29,875 nucleotides of DNA. It comes from a virus (lineage: Duplodnaviria; Caudoviricetes). Below the pieces are notes generated by a model. It did not search any database and was not told the DNA's origin. It saw only the letters and a list, made by a program, of their open reading frames with translations. A program made the translations under genes and the position numbers. The stretch spans positions 1 through 29,875 of IMG/VR virus record IMGVR_UViG_3300005805_000325. One strand, 5' to 3'. Positions 15,201 to 23,706 of this stretch are shown here, one piece after another. The stretch's first letter is position 1, and every line of letters begins with the position of its first letter.

Positions 15201-18200
15201 GTTGAAACTTGTGGTTTCGCCAGAATCACAGATTTCAAATGAAAGGCTGAATGAGTTGTTGGGCCAATCTCCAGCTATTGCCGGTAAGGTCGATTTATAC
15301 AGAGAGTTGGGTTATCCTGCATTCCTTGGGGCTAAAGATTGGAGAGTGGATCAAAGCCGCGATGGGATGTATTTCAACGGGCAAAAAATAAAGCCGGGGA
15401 CGCTTATCACGACCACTTACTTTAAGGATAGATGGATGTCCATTCACTCCATGAATCCAGACCCGGCAGAGGCAATGAAAGATGTGGCGGGTCAAATCAA
15501 ACAGAAAGTTGAGATTCAGCAGCAGGCCACCGGCGGGGCGGAGAACAAGGGAAAAAAAATAGCCTTTAATGCTTATCGAGACAAGGAAACCGGCAAGGTT
15601 TTTATCGGAAGAAAAGGATTAACGAGCATCATCCGAATCAAGACGGGATTTGACACGCCAAAAGAGGCTTTCCGATACATCGAAGATAACCACGCTGATC
15701 TTTCAACTCTCTGGGAGGGAATGAAAACCCAGACCACGGGGAGAAAAGACACCAACGCTGAACGCAAGGGCAAACCACAACGCACAGGCGACATCACCCC
15801 CGACACTTTCTCTGAAGCTTTTGGATTCCGTGGCGTCCAGTTCGGCAACTACGTCGAAGGATCACGCCGGCAAACTGACCTAAACCATTCTTTTGATGCC
15901 CTCATGGATCTTTCCGAGGCTCTTGGTTTATCTCCTAGGGCTTTGTCATTGGATGGGCAACTCGGAATGGCTTTTGGCGCAAGAGGCAAGGGAAAAGCGA
16001 TGGCTCACTATGAACCCGATAATGTTGTCATCAATCTGACAAAGGCAGGTGGGCCTGGATCGCTTGCCCATGAGTGGTTCCACGCTGCAGACAACTATTT
16101 CAACCGGCTTGATAAAACAGGCAATTCAGATTGGAAAAGCCGCGAGTTTTCTTACGCATCAGACAACGCAAAGCCCCCCGTCAATATGCGCCCGGAAGTA
16201 TGGGCGGCATTCAAGACTCTGCGCGACACACTTGCAAAGGGAGAGTTCTCAAAACGGGCAAAGGATTTAGACGAACTGCGGAGCAAGCCTTACTGGGGAA
16301 CAACCGTTGAAAAAGCAGCAAGGGCTTTTGAGTCGTATATCAAAGATCGCCTTTCAGAAAAAGGGATTACCAACGACTACCTTGCCAACATTGACGAGGA
16401 AACAGGGGCTTACCCAACCAAGGAAGAGTTAGATGGCGGGATTAGGCAGGCATTCGACGGCTTATTCAACGCGATTGATGACACGGAATTGCCTAAACTT
16501 GCGGCGTCCATTAAAACCCGTCTCAACCTTGGAAGAGTTACCGGCGAGAGCGGAGGCATTGACCCAACTATCCTTGAAGATATTGCCGACTACGGGACTA
16601 GGATCTTTGAGAAGGGAATGGAATTCAAGGGATGGGCTGGAAGGATGCTTAATGACCTTGGCGACAGCGTTAAGGGAGTGCTGGCAAGAATATGGGAAGC
16701 CTACAAGTCGCTAGGCAACGCCGGGGCAATCGGAGGGAAGGCAGATGATTTTGCAAGGCGTGTTGAGGGGCAACAGCCCCGTGGCGAAAAGGCCAGGGCC
16801 TTCTTCACCCCTGACGCAGAGAATGGAAACAAAATCCCCCCTCCCCTAACCCTCAAGGACAAGGCAAAGATCGCAGCCGGCAAGATTGCCTCTGCCGTGC
16901 GCGACCTTCCCGCCGATAGCGACTTCAAGCGTGAAGTTCTCAAGTGGAGTGCCAGAAGCCAAGGCAGCACCAACGAAATCGAACGGGTTCAAAAGAGCAT
17001 AGAGAAGTCTGTTCCTGACGCCGCAAAGCGTGACGGCATCACTAACTGGATCGAGGCAGGCGGAGACAAGAATCTCCTGCGTGAACGTGCGGCAGCGACC
17101 GTAGACGCCAAGCTGAAGGCCGGCTACAAGGCCGCGCTGAATCTGACCCCAGAGGAGTTAGCCGTCGCCAAGAAAGTTCAGCAAACCTTCAGCGTTTTAG
17201 AAGGCCGCGCCAAGAAGTACGGCATTGATATGGGTCATAGGGAGAACTATGTTCCTCATGTCTTTGAGCAGGAACCGCAACCCCCATCTGGCACCTCACC
17301 CAAACGACTCTCGGAGTTCTTCAAGTTCAGCCAGACCCGTGTGTTTGACTCCTACTTTGAAGGGGAGCAAGTCACCGATAAGGACGGCAACCCCGCCCCG
17401 TATAAGGCCCAGACCAAGGACATTGCGAAGCTCCTTGGGCTTTACATGAACGACATGAACAACGCGATCAATTCGCGCCGGTTTGTGGCGGACTTAAGCA
17501 AGGGGAAGGCGTCGGATGGGAGGCCAATTCTATCACCTCGCGGAAGCGGAACCACGGTTGAGGGAGAGCATGGCGAGGGAACGGTTCATCTAATTTATCC
17601 AGATTCAGCGAAAGAGGGGCATGAGGACTACGACGATAAGATTGACCAACCAGCATTGAAATCATGGGTATTTGTTGGCAAGGACGATATGGGTAAAAGC
17701 ATTCTTCAGCATGGAGACCTAGCGGTTCACCCAGAGGTGGCCGCAACATTCAAAAATATTCTTGGTACATCCGCCATCACCAAGTGGTTGCAGACCAAGA
17801 CAGAGAACCCATTCCTCAATGGAGGCAAGTGGGTAGCCGACAAGTTCATCAAGGGTCAAGGCATCGTGAAGGGAACGATGCTTTCCTTCTCCCCGTTCCA
17901 CCAGGTGCAGGAAGGCATCCACGCACTAGGTCACAGAGTCAATCCCTTCACCGACATTCCAAAGATCGACCTCCGAGACCCCAAGCAGGCGGATGCCGCC
18001 GCGCATGGGTTGATGATTGCCCATGACAGGCTTTCCCAATCCCTCTTCATGGAGGGAGTCGGAAGCAATAACTCCAACTTAATCACAATGGGTCTCCGCA
18101 AGATCGGATGGGGACTCACCACGGAAGCCGCCGACAGGGTGGACGCCTACCAGCATTGGCTCTTTAGCCAGTATATCCCAGGCCTCAAGCTCAAGACCTA

Positions 18201-19233
18201 CGAGCATATCCTTGAGCGCAACATGGAGAGGTACAAGGACGACCTCGCAAGCGGAGCCGCATCGGAGTGGCAAGTGAAGGTGCTGTCTGCCAAGCAGAGC
18301 AACGCAGCCTACGGTCATCTGAACTACACGGAGATGGGTCATAACCCCACGATCCGCCATGCCATGCAGATTGCCCTTCTTGCCCCTGACTTCCTAGAGG
18401 CCCGCTCTAGGTTCGTGGGGCAGTCCCTTAAAGCTCTTGCTGGTGCAAAAGTTGGATCGGAGCAACTTCAAGCCTTGGCATTCCTTGCGGCAACGCAGTT
18501 CGTTGCGGCAACGATTCAGAAGGTTCTCACCAATGATGATGCCGAGTTCGATCACCCGTTTGAGATGCGCTTTGGCAATAAATACTACGGGATGCGTTCC
18601 GTTCCAGAGGACATCTACAAGCTCTTTGGAAACCCACAAGGTTTCATTGGTGGACGTATCTCCCCCATCTTTGGACGCTTCTTTCAAGAAGGCGTCTTTG
18701 GGGTGAACTACCGAGGCGAGCGCACAAGCGCAGGAGACGCCATTGCCGACATCATGGCCGGCATTGTCCCCCTGCCTATGCAGACACTCACCCGCCAATG
18801 GACGACAGGCGGCAAGGTCAACCCGATCTCGCCACTTGAGCAGATCCTATCTGCTACCGGCATCCAGGTGCATAGGTATAGCCCGATTACAAAGGTCTAC
18901 CCCCTCGCCCATGATTGGGTCAAAAAGAACCACCCAGAGGATGAGCAGAAGGGAACCTATCCCGTCAGCAAGTACCAGCAACTACGCTATGCCCTAGAGG
19001 ACAACGACACAGAAGCCGCCAAGAAGGAAATTGACCGGCTTGTGGAGGGCGGCATGAAGAAAGCCGACATCGGTAAGGGATTCAAATCCAGCGTCAATCA
19101 TCCCTTCACGGGCAGCAAGGATCATGACCATGAGTTCTACAAGTCCTTGGACGAGGATGACAAACAGAGGTTTGATGCGGCAGTTGAGCGCAGGAAGGAA
19201 ATCCTCCGCAGATTTCAGTCTTTAGGTCACTAA
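12205..19233 (+). CDS. Large internal virion/DNA-ejection protein (gp16-like position), polyvalent, with an LPD5-LPD1 HExxH module
   Basis: 2342 aa; hydrophobic Ala/Gly segments in the N-terminal third; ITDFGEKIEGAKKDLW, FGFRGVQFGNYV, LGMAFGARG…AHYEP…INLTK…GSLAHEWFHA and YW…EKAARAFESYI motifs. Confidence 0.85.
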   Translation: MDESDALTIQDPPPQDTLMEAPPQQEQTPLPSPTMADARILDDERIRTEKASAMRTETALLAKVLPDKRGDSEELKALRDKAITTGDPQMFMDRAVSWRATAAMLGVTPDSLDDRNYELYKKQIASQMKVPVPSTDGGYRDLLSGYFQKEHAKATAFESIPAMVITNLDQEGGAGKSMGILERFNEWKALNADAVAGVPDAEALSQFSKSYQSARSEMNGQFAPLARQIVDAFGNKPMGEQEVSEVKNALTQTANADPILNALGVTSRENFVKDEDKATPIIEQLTSLSAEDRKKVYQLAGALERARNPQQTGFLASLYSMGQAFSRAADSSVIPDEQDPQKALRNRIGLELKDAAKNVVNPMLYSDKVGYESTGTFLTKVGQGVAGAGKYVAASALAGPEVGLAYMGANIVAEQQNRLLLQNPDMTPNEALAYGAAIAAPQTALMSISLRGMTGAFPSIERAIEKVASGAVSKYALNTAISGAGFTGAGVVEAIGDSVIHEIDPEWNKDSEIGRDLHRVFVNAPQDFAMAAVFSLFHAGKPVDREALNRIAEDPANLVKQGLSQEAAERVAATPPETRPETLAAELSSVTPEQKEQGIQLSEREAQKAQVLAQDPAAPKVETLPDGKIAVISPDEKGNHQPVFVTDDPQAAHQALTLALDEHAAKRAETEPTNDWTTATEEGSNQDLINLIKIDSKENQSGLDNQAVTKNFDSNFNQVESNNDSNLSDQEKAREWYQNYINENLMPTWGTTERASVSEAKSDNGRMDRDAVLEINRLMSNGDPIPKELGDKVGANGFDGYTFNEASNLFEKSLHPNETLPDTEKPFPTTREEVQAQLDDLLKKREEEAAAPAEPEQEPEFGPEAPAPEPEPPAEPNPLEEAPATTEEKTAPKAAKGKSKGKNKEADGITDFGEKIEGAKKDLWQRYEAAMQADLPSDVKDITISKHFPEPDYGKLIEGGANLERVAAMKAIRDLIPRKPANRYKLARWGELVKSLHDSLKLVVSPESQISNERLNELLGQSPAIAGKVDLYRELGYPAFLGAKDWRVDQSRDGMYFNGQKIKPGTLITTTYFKDRWMSIHSMNPDPAEAMKDVAGQIKQKVEIQQQATGGAENKGKKIAFNAYRDKETGKVFIGRKGLTSIIRIKTGFDTPKEAFRYIEDNHADLSTLWEGMKTQTTGRKDTNAERKGKPQRTGDITPDTFSEAFGFRGVQFGNYVEGSRRQTDLNHSFDALMDLSEALGLSPRALSLDGQLGMAFGARGKGKAMAHYEPDNVVINLTKAGGPGSLAHEWFHAADNYFNRLDKTGNSDWKSREFSYASDNAKPPVNMRPEVWAAFKTLRDTLAKGEFSKRAKDLDELRSKPYWGTTVEKAARAFESYIKDRLSEKGITNDYLANIDEETGAYPTKEELDGGIRQAFDGLFNAIDDTELPKLAASIKTRLNLGRVTGESGGIDPTILEDIADYGTRIFEKGMEFKGWAGRMLNDLGDSVKGVLARIWEAYKSLGNAGAIGGKADDFARRVEGQQPRGEKARAFFTPDAENGNKIPPPLTLKDKAKIAAGKIASAVRDLPADSDFKREVLKWSARSQGSTNEIERVQKSIEKSVPDAAKRDGITNWIEAGGDKNLLRERAAATVDAKLKAGYKAALNLTPEELAVAKKVQQTFSVLEGRAKKYGIDMGHRENYVPHVFEQEPQPPSGTSPKRLSEFFKFSQTRVFDSYFEGEQVTDKDGNPAPYKAQTKDIAKLLGLYMNDMNNAINSRRFVADLSKGKASDGRPILSPRGSGTTVEGEHGEGTVHLIYPDSAKEGHEDYDDKIDQPALKSWVFVGKDDMGKSILQHGDLAVHPEVAATFKNILGTSAITKWLQTKTENPFLNGGKWVADKFIKGQGIVKGTMLSFSPFHQVQEGIHALGHRVNPFTDIPKIDLRDPKQADAAAHGLMIAHDRLSQSLFMEGVGSNNSNLITMGLRKIGWGLTTEAADRVDAYQHWLFSQYIPGLKLKTYEHILERNMERYKDDLASGAASEWQVKVLSAKQSNAAYGHLNYTEMGHNPTIRHAMQIALLAPDFLEARSRFVGQSLKALAGAKVGSEQLQALAFLAATQFVAATIQKVLTNDDAEFDHPFEMRFGNKYYGMRSVPEDIYKLFGNPQGFIGGRISPIFGRFFQEGVFGVNYRGERTSAGDAIADIMAGIVPLPMQTLTRQWTTGGKVNPISPLEQILSATGIQVHRYSPITKVYPLAHDWVKKNHPEDEQKGTYPVSKYQQLRYALEDNDTEAAKKEIDRLVEGGMKKADIGKGFKSSVNHPFTGSKDHDHEFYKSLDEDDKQRFDAAVERRKEILRRFQSLGH
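14251..14385. repeat. AT-rich cluster of AATCAA and TTGA-N-TCAA motifs inside the coding sequence, with one IHF-consensus match
   Basis: AATCAA six times, TTGANTCAA three times, palindrome CTTGATAATCAAG (14311-14323), WATCAANNNNTTR at 14317-14329. Confidence 0.55.
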
Positions 19234-19234
19234 C

Positions 19235-19270
19235 ATTCCTCTTGCCGAGCGAACTAACTTTAGTTAGTAG
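19235..19270 (+). promoter_or_regulatory. Putative late promoter with an internal palindrome
   Basis: ATTCCTCTTGCC; TTGCCG-N17-TAGTAG; AACTAA-CT-TTAGTT inverted repeat (19252-19265). Confidence 0.5.
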
Positions 19271-19278
19271 TAGCGGCA

Positions 19279-20394
19279 ATGTCCGTTTCTACGACCAAAA
19301 CAAGCCAGTCCTTCAGTACGGGAGGGGGTGTAACCACCTTTCCCATTACTGAATTTCCCTTCTTGGATGCGGACGAATTACTTGTTGTTAGGAACACCGC
19401 AGGGGTGCCTACAACGCTTGTAAAAGATACGGATTACACGGTCTCTGGGGGCAATAATAGCACGGGAAGCATAACAACCCCTTCGGCTATAGCGGCAGGA
19501 TCTACCCTGATTGTGACTAGGGTTACGAAGAAAACCCAACTAACCTCTTACACGACCGGCGACCGCTTCCCTGCTACGACCCACGAGAGGGCATTGGACA
19601 AGCTCACCATGCTTGTGCAGGAGGCCACGGCAAATAACCTCCCTGCTACTGCCACCGCATCAGGAACTGCCCCGTATGTTCTTCAAGCCGCCTCTGCCGG
19701 CGCAACCCCGTCATGGGTTCCGCAATCTGCTGGCGGTATCGCTGCTGGTAGCATTACCAACACCATGCTCGCGGGTGGCATCACTCCGAGCAAGCTCTCC
19801 ACGGGTGGCCCTGTCTGGGACGCTTCTGGCAACCTGACTGCAACCTCGTTTGTCGGCAACATCACGGGAAGCATTACCGGCAACGCCGCTACTGCTACTA
19901 GGTTGGCAACCCCCCGCACCATTGGCCTCTCTGGTGATGTGACGGGAACCGCCTCCTTTGACGGGTCAGCTAATGCTACTATTGCCGCAACGATTGCTTC
20001 TGTTGGAACTTCCCAGATCGCAAACAACTCCGTCACCGCCGCGAAGCTCGGAAGCACGGAGAGGCTTCAGATTTGCAAGGCGTGGGTTAACTTCAATGGA
20101 ACTGGAACCCCCAGTATACGCTCGTCATACAACACGAGTTCTATCACGAAGAACGGGACAGGAGACTACACAGTTAACTATTCCACGGCGATGGCTGATG
20201 CGAATTATTCAATAACAATTACAACTGTTGGATTAAGTAATACTGCATCTTCAATTAATGGAGTTGTAAAGGGAGCTTCTACAAGTGGAGCATCAAATAA
20301 AACATCATCTGCTGTATCAATACTTACTGGCCCAACTTCATCCAATGGGGTTTTTGATGTAGCCGAAGTTAATGTAGCTATCTTCGGAAACTAA
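19279..20394 (+). CDS. Tail fibre with a podovirus N-terminal anchor domain
   Basis: TTFPITEFPFL…L.V…DYTVSG…HERALDKLTMLVQE anchor; RTIGLSGDVTGTASFDGS shaft; KAWVNFNG…SSITKNGTGDYTVN tip. Confidence 0.88.
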   Translation: MSVSTTKTSQSFSTGGGVTTFPITEFPFLDADELLVVRNTAGVPTTLVKDTDYTVSGGNNSTGSITTPSAIAAGSTLIVTRVTKKTQLTSYTTGDRFPATTHERALDKLTMLVQEATANNLPATATASGTAPYVLQAASAGATPSWVPQSAGGIAAGSITNTMLAGGITPSKLSTGGPVWDASGNLTATSFVGNITGSITGNAATATRLATPRTIGLSGDVTGTASFDGSANATIAATIASVGTSQIANNSVTAAKLGSTERLQICKAWVNFNGTGTPSIRSSYNTSSITKNGTGDYTVNYSTAMADANYSITITTVGLSNTASSINGVVKGASTSGASNKTSSAVSILTGPTSSNGVFDVAEVNVAIFGN

Positions 20395-20396
20395 TT

Positions 20397-20804
20397 ATGC
20401 CCTTCATCACCTACCCCCAAGCTAACGGACAAGTCGCAGTCATTATCCCTTGCGGTGATGTGAACGACTGCATCAAGGATGTTCCTGAAGGATTGCCCTA
20501 CAAGATCGTGGATGTTCTCGAAATTGAGAACGACTACTTCAACGCCTACGAGTTTCACGCCGAACACGGAGCCGAGGTCAACATCGACAAGGCGAAGGCA
20601 CTCCACTTGGACAAGTTCCGCGAGGCTCGCAAACCGATCCTATCAAGGCTCGACGTTGACTACATGAAGGCCATCGAGGTGGAAGACTCCGTGAAGGCAT
20701 CCGCTATTGCCGTCCAGAAACAGGAGCTACGCGACATCACCAAGATCCCCCTCCCCGACACGCTCCCAGAAATCAAGGAAACTTGGCCCGACATTCTCAA
20801 CTAA
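20397..20804 (+). CDS. Tail fibre assembly/chaperone-like protein
   Basis: Directly follows the fibre; VAVIIP…KDVPEG…KIVD and REARKPIL..LDVDYMKA.E…KQELRDIT motifs. Confidence 0.65.
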   Translation: MPFITYPQANGQVAVIIPCGDVNDCIKDVPEGLPYKIVDVLEIENDYFNAYEFHAEHGAEVNIDKAKALHLDKFREARKPILSRLDVDYMKAIEVEDSVKASAIAVQKQELRDITKIPLPDTLPEIKETWPDILN

Positions 20805-20816
20805 CCCTCCACGACC

Positions 20817-20942
20817 ATGCCCTCACTCGAAACTCACCCCCAGACTTCCGACAAGCTCACCATCGAAACCTTCAGCGAGGTCGAGAAACCCGTTGAAGCT
20901 CCCGTTGAGGAAGCTCCTGCACCCGTCGAGAAAAAGAAGTAG
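20817..20942 (+). CDS. Small acidic hypothetical protein (41 aa, below the ORF-track cutoff)
   Basis: MPSLETHPQTSDKLTIETFSEVEKPVEAPVEEAPAPVEKKK*; fills the gap and ends 3 nt before the next ATG. Confidence 0.6.
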   Translation: MPSLETHPQTSDKLTIETFSEVEKPVEAPVEEAPAPVEKKK

Positions 20943-20945
20943 TCC

Positions 20946-21368
20946 ATGTCCGACTTCCTCAATCCGCATCTGACCCGTCCTGCCGTCCGCTGGACAAGTG
21001 GCGATGCCCTTCCTGCCGTGGAGCAGACAGGGCCGGCAGCACCCCTCCTAGTGGACTCTACCACGGGGAGGTTGCTTGTGGATACGGAGGCGAACCTCTC
21101 CGCAGACCTCTCGGATATTGAGAACAAGCAGGACACGACCAACGCCCTCCTGACCACGACTGCGGCAGATGTCGCGCTCATTAAAGGCAACAGCACGAAA
21201 GTCCCCGGCTTCAACCTCCCTTCCTACGACTACATTTCCTGTAGTTACACCAGCGGCAATCTCACGGGTGTCGTCTATAAGTCTGGCGGTTCTAGCGGCA
21301 CGACAGTCGCCACCCTGACCCTCGGCTACGACGGCAGCAACAACCTCACCTCGGTCACGAAGTCGTAA
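20946..21368 (+). CDS. Putative virion structural protein
   Basis: 140 aa; coiled segment, then PSYDYI…GNLTGVVYKSGG…VATLTLGYD…LTSVTKS beta domain. Confidence 0.6.
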   Translation: MSDFLNPHLTRPAVRWTSGDALPAVEQTGPAAPLLVDSTTGRLLVDTEANLSADLSDIENKQDTTNALLTTTAADVALIKGNSTKVPGFNLPSYDYISCSYTSGNLTGVVYKSGGSSGTTVATLTLGYDGSNNLTSVTKS

Positions 21369-21370
21369 GT

Positions 21371-22366
21371 ATGGCTTACAAGTTCAATCCATTCACGGGG
21401 AACTTCGACGATAGCGGAAGCGGCGGTGCCACCACGGACGCCTCGCTCCTGACTAGTGGCACCCTTGACGATGCACGACTATCCAGCAACGTCTCGCTCG
21501 ACAACCAGAACAATAACTTCACCGCAGGACAGACGATCGCCGCCGCCGCGAACACAAGCGCGCTAACGGCTTCCTACAGCGTCACGGGGGTCAACACGAC
21601 GGCCCTCGTCGACTTGTCGGGAACGTGGAACACGACGGGTGTTGCTAGGGGAATCTTGCTCAACATCACCGACACAGCGAGTGCGAGCGGATCGCTCCTA
21701 GCTGATTTCAGAGTCGGTGGAACGAGTCGGTTTAGCGTGAATAAGGCAGGAACGATTGATTTTGCAGGCAATCAGGCATCACTCGTTGGGTTGGGCTTTT
21801 CGTCTGGTGGTTTAGGCAACGCAGTGCAAACCACCGTAAATGGAGCTGGTCATTTTCTTGTTGCCGCAAACAGAGTCAATCTTCCAGTCGGTTCAGTATT
21901 TGGATGGGTTTCTGGAACAGGGCTACAATCCGCAGCAGACACAATCCTCGCCCGAGACGCGGCCAACACGCTTGCCCAGAGGAACGGCACGAATGCACAG
22001 ACCTTCCGTCTCTACAACACCTTCACGGACGCCTCCAACTTCGAGCGCGGGTTCATGAGGTGGAACAGCAACGTCCTCGAAATCGGCACCGAGGCAGGCG
22101 GCACGGGTGGGAGTAGACTCCTAAAACTTCAGTCTGCAATACAAGTAGACATCTTTACCTTTGGCACAATTCGGGCAGCAAGATTTTCAAGCGGTCAAAC
22201 AGTGATTTACAACGCTCTTTCGTTTGGTGGAGGCACATTATCTACAAACCCTACATCTAGCGATCTGCCAGCGGGGTCTGCTCAAGTCTTTAAGAACTCC
22301 ACATCTGGAGTCGTTAGCCTCTGGTACAACGACGGCGGAACGATGCGCTCCGTAGCCCTCTCTTGA
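21371..22366 (+). CDS. Second fibre/spike-like structural protein
   Basis: 331 aa, Thr/Ser/Gly/Asn-rich; MAYKFNPFTGNFD start, ASLLTSGTLDDARL and LARDAANTLAQRNGTNAQTFRLYN blocks. Confidence 0.65.
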   Translation: MAYKFNPFTGNFDDSGSGGATTDASLLTSGTLDDARLSSNVSLDNQNNNFTAGQTIAAAANTSALTASYSVTGVNTTALVDLSGTWNTTGVARGILLNITDTASASGSLLADFRVGGTSRFSVNKAGTIDFAGNQASLVGLGFSSGGLGNAVQTTVNGAGHFLVAANRVNLPVGSVFGWVSGTGLQSAADTILARDAANTLAQRNGTNAQTFRLYNTFTDASNFERGFMRWNSNVLEIGTEAGGTGGSRLLKLQSAIQVDIFTFGTIRAARFSSGQTVIYNALSFGGGTLSTNPTSSDLPAGSAQVFKNSTSGVVSLWYNDGGTMRSVALS

Positions 22367-22369
22367 TTT

Positions 22370-22543
22370 ATGAACAACATGACCCCAACCGAAGCCCTGC
22401 AACTCATCTCCGAAGCTCTGGAGCCACGCAACATCAACGCCATCTCCCGCCAAGGCTTCATCGCCATCCAACAGGCAATCGAAGTCCTCGCCGCCGCGAT
22501 CAAGCAACCCGAACCCTCCGAAGACCATGCAACTAACGATTGA
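22370..22543 (+). CDS. Hypothetical protein (57 aa, below the ORF-track cutoff)
   Basis: MNNMTPTEALQLISEAL…FIAIQQAIEVLAAAIKQPEPSEDHATND*; fills the gap. Confidence 0.6.
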   Translation: MNNMTPTEALQLISEALEPRNINAISRQGFIAIQQAIEVLAAAIKQPEPSEDHATND

Positions 22544-22784
22544 CCCATCCCGCCTCTCCGGCCTCACCGCCATCGTCTCGCGACTCAATGCCGCCGAAGG
22601 TGCCGAGCCGACCACTCCCGAAGCCTACCTACAGGCCCGTGTGGAGGAAGTCCTAGCCTCCTACGATGCCGCCGAGGTGCAGCGCGTCATGCAGGAAAAC
22701 GAAGATGCCTTCCGCGCCGCAGCACTCCTGCCCGCCGATGTCCAACAGCAACTCCGCGACCTCATCGCCCAGCACTCGGCATAG
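22527..22784 (+). CDS. Hypothetical protein
   Basis: 85 aa, helical, tightly packed with neighbours. Confidence 0.65.
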   Translation: MQLTIDPSRLSGLTAIVSRLNAAEGAEPTTPEAYLQARVEEVLASYDAAEVQRVMQENEDAFRAAALLPADVQQQLRDLIAQHSA

Positions 22785-23009
22785 ATGAAACTCCTCCGCG
22801 ACCTCTGGCTTTTAATTCGTTGCTACCCTGTCGCAAGGCGCAGGGTTCTTAAGCTCTCCGAAGACCGATACCCTGGAGTTGTCCGCACCCAGATTGCGTA
22901 CAACGAGGTTCGCACCGAGCTTATCAAGAAAGGCTACAAGGACGATAACATCACCGGCGCAGTCATTTATATTGCGGTTTCTCTTGCCTATTTAACATCA
23001 GTCAGGTAG
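22785..23009 (+). CDS. Hypothetical protein with a C-terminal hydrophobic helix
   Basis: 74 aa ending ITGAVIYIAVSLAYLTSVR; its ATG abuts the previous TAG. Confidence 0.6.
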   Translation: MKLLRDLWLLIRCYPVARRRVLKLSEDRYPGVVRTQIAYNEVRTELIKKGYKDDNITGAVIYIAVSLAYLTSVR

Positions 23010-23019
23010 ACGATGTTAA

Positions 23020-23298
23020 ATGAGTAGTTCAGCAACGCTTCCACACCCCTTTTCTATTGCCGTCTCCGCCATCGGAGCAGGGGCCGGCATCGTTGCCTGT
23101 CTGACCTACTTTACCATCTACGCAGTCCTTCCAAGCCGCATGGAACGGGTAGAGAAGGCGAACGAGTTGCAGGATGTCCGCATCGCCGAGATGCAACAGG
23201 ACAACGCCCAGAGGCGCGAGATGTTAGCAGCGGCACTCGCTACCCTTCAGCAGATAGACATGAGGACTAAACGTATCGAGGACAAGCTGCTAAAATAG
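23020..23298 (+). CDS. Membrane-anchored coiled-coil protein (lysis region)
   Basis: One N-terminal TM segment, then a heptad-rich tail ending RTKRIEDKLLK; upstream of the holin. Confidence 0.6.
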   Translation: MSSSATLPHPFSIAVSAIGAGAGIVACLTYFTIYAVLPSRMERVEKANELQDVRIAEMQQDNAQRREMLAAALATLQQIDMRTKRIEDKLLK

Positions 23299-23304
23299 AC
23301 TTTT

Positions 23305-23706
23305 ATGTACGATGTACCGGGCATGATTAAAGCCGGTCTTGAGGTTCTGGATAAGGTGATCCCAGATGCCGATGCCAAGAACAGGGCAAGGGAAGCCTAT
23401 GAACTGGAGGTGCTGAAACTCGCCCAACAGGAATCAGCGGGGCAGACCCAAGTGAATGCTGTAGAGGCGGCATCCTCGTCAGGGTTCGTAAGCTCATGGC
23501 GCCCCTTCGTGGGATGGGTGTGCGGATTCGGGTTTGCGTGGGCAACGCTAGGGCAACCCATCTTCTCGTTTGTGTATGCCCTGTGGACGAAGCAACCGGC
23601 GCCCGTGATTGCCCTGCCTACCGACATTCTGATGACCACCCTTCTAGGAATGCTGGGTCTCGGTGCGCTCCGCACGGTTGAGAAGATCAAATCCGTAGCA
23701 CGATGA
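23305..23706 (+). CDS. Holin, GTA 3TM-type
   Basis: LDKVIPD…GQTQVNAVEAASSS.FVSSWRPFVGWVCG…LLGMLGLGALRTVEK motifs; overlaps the endolysin start. Confidence 0.85.
   Translation: MYDVPGMIKAGLEVLDKVIPDADAKNRAREAYELEVLKLAQQESAGQTQVNAVEAASSSGFVSSWRPFVGWVCGFGFAWATLGQPIFSFVYALWTKQPAPVIALPTDILMTTLLGMLGLGALRTVEKIKSVAR

Noticed and set aside
19279-22366. Diversity-generating retroelement as in BPP-1
   Set aside because: No reverse transcriptase and no template/variable repeat pair seen in the window.
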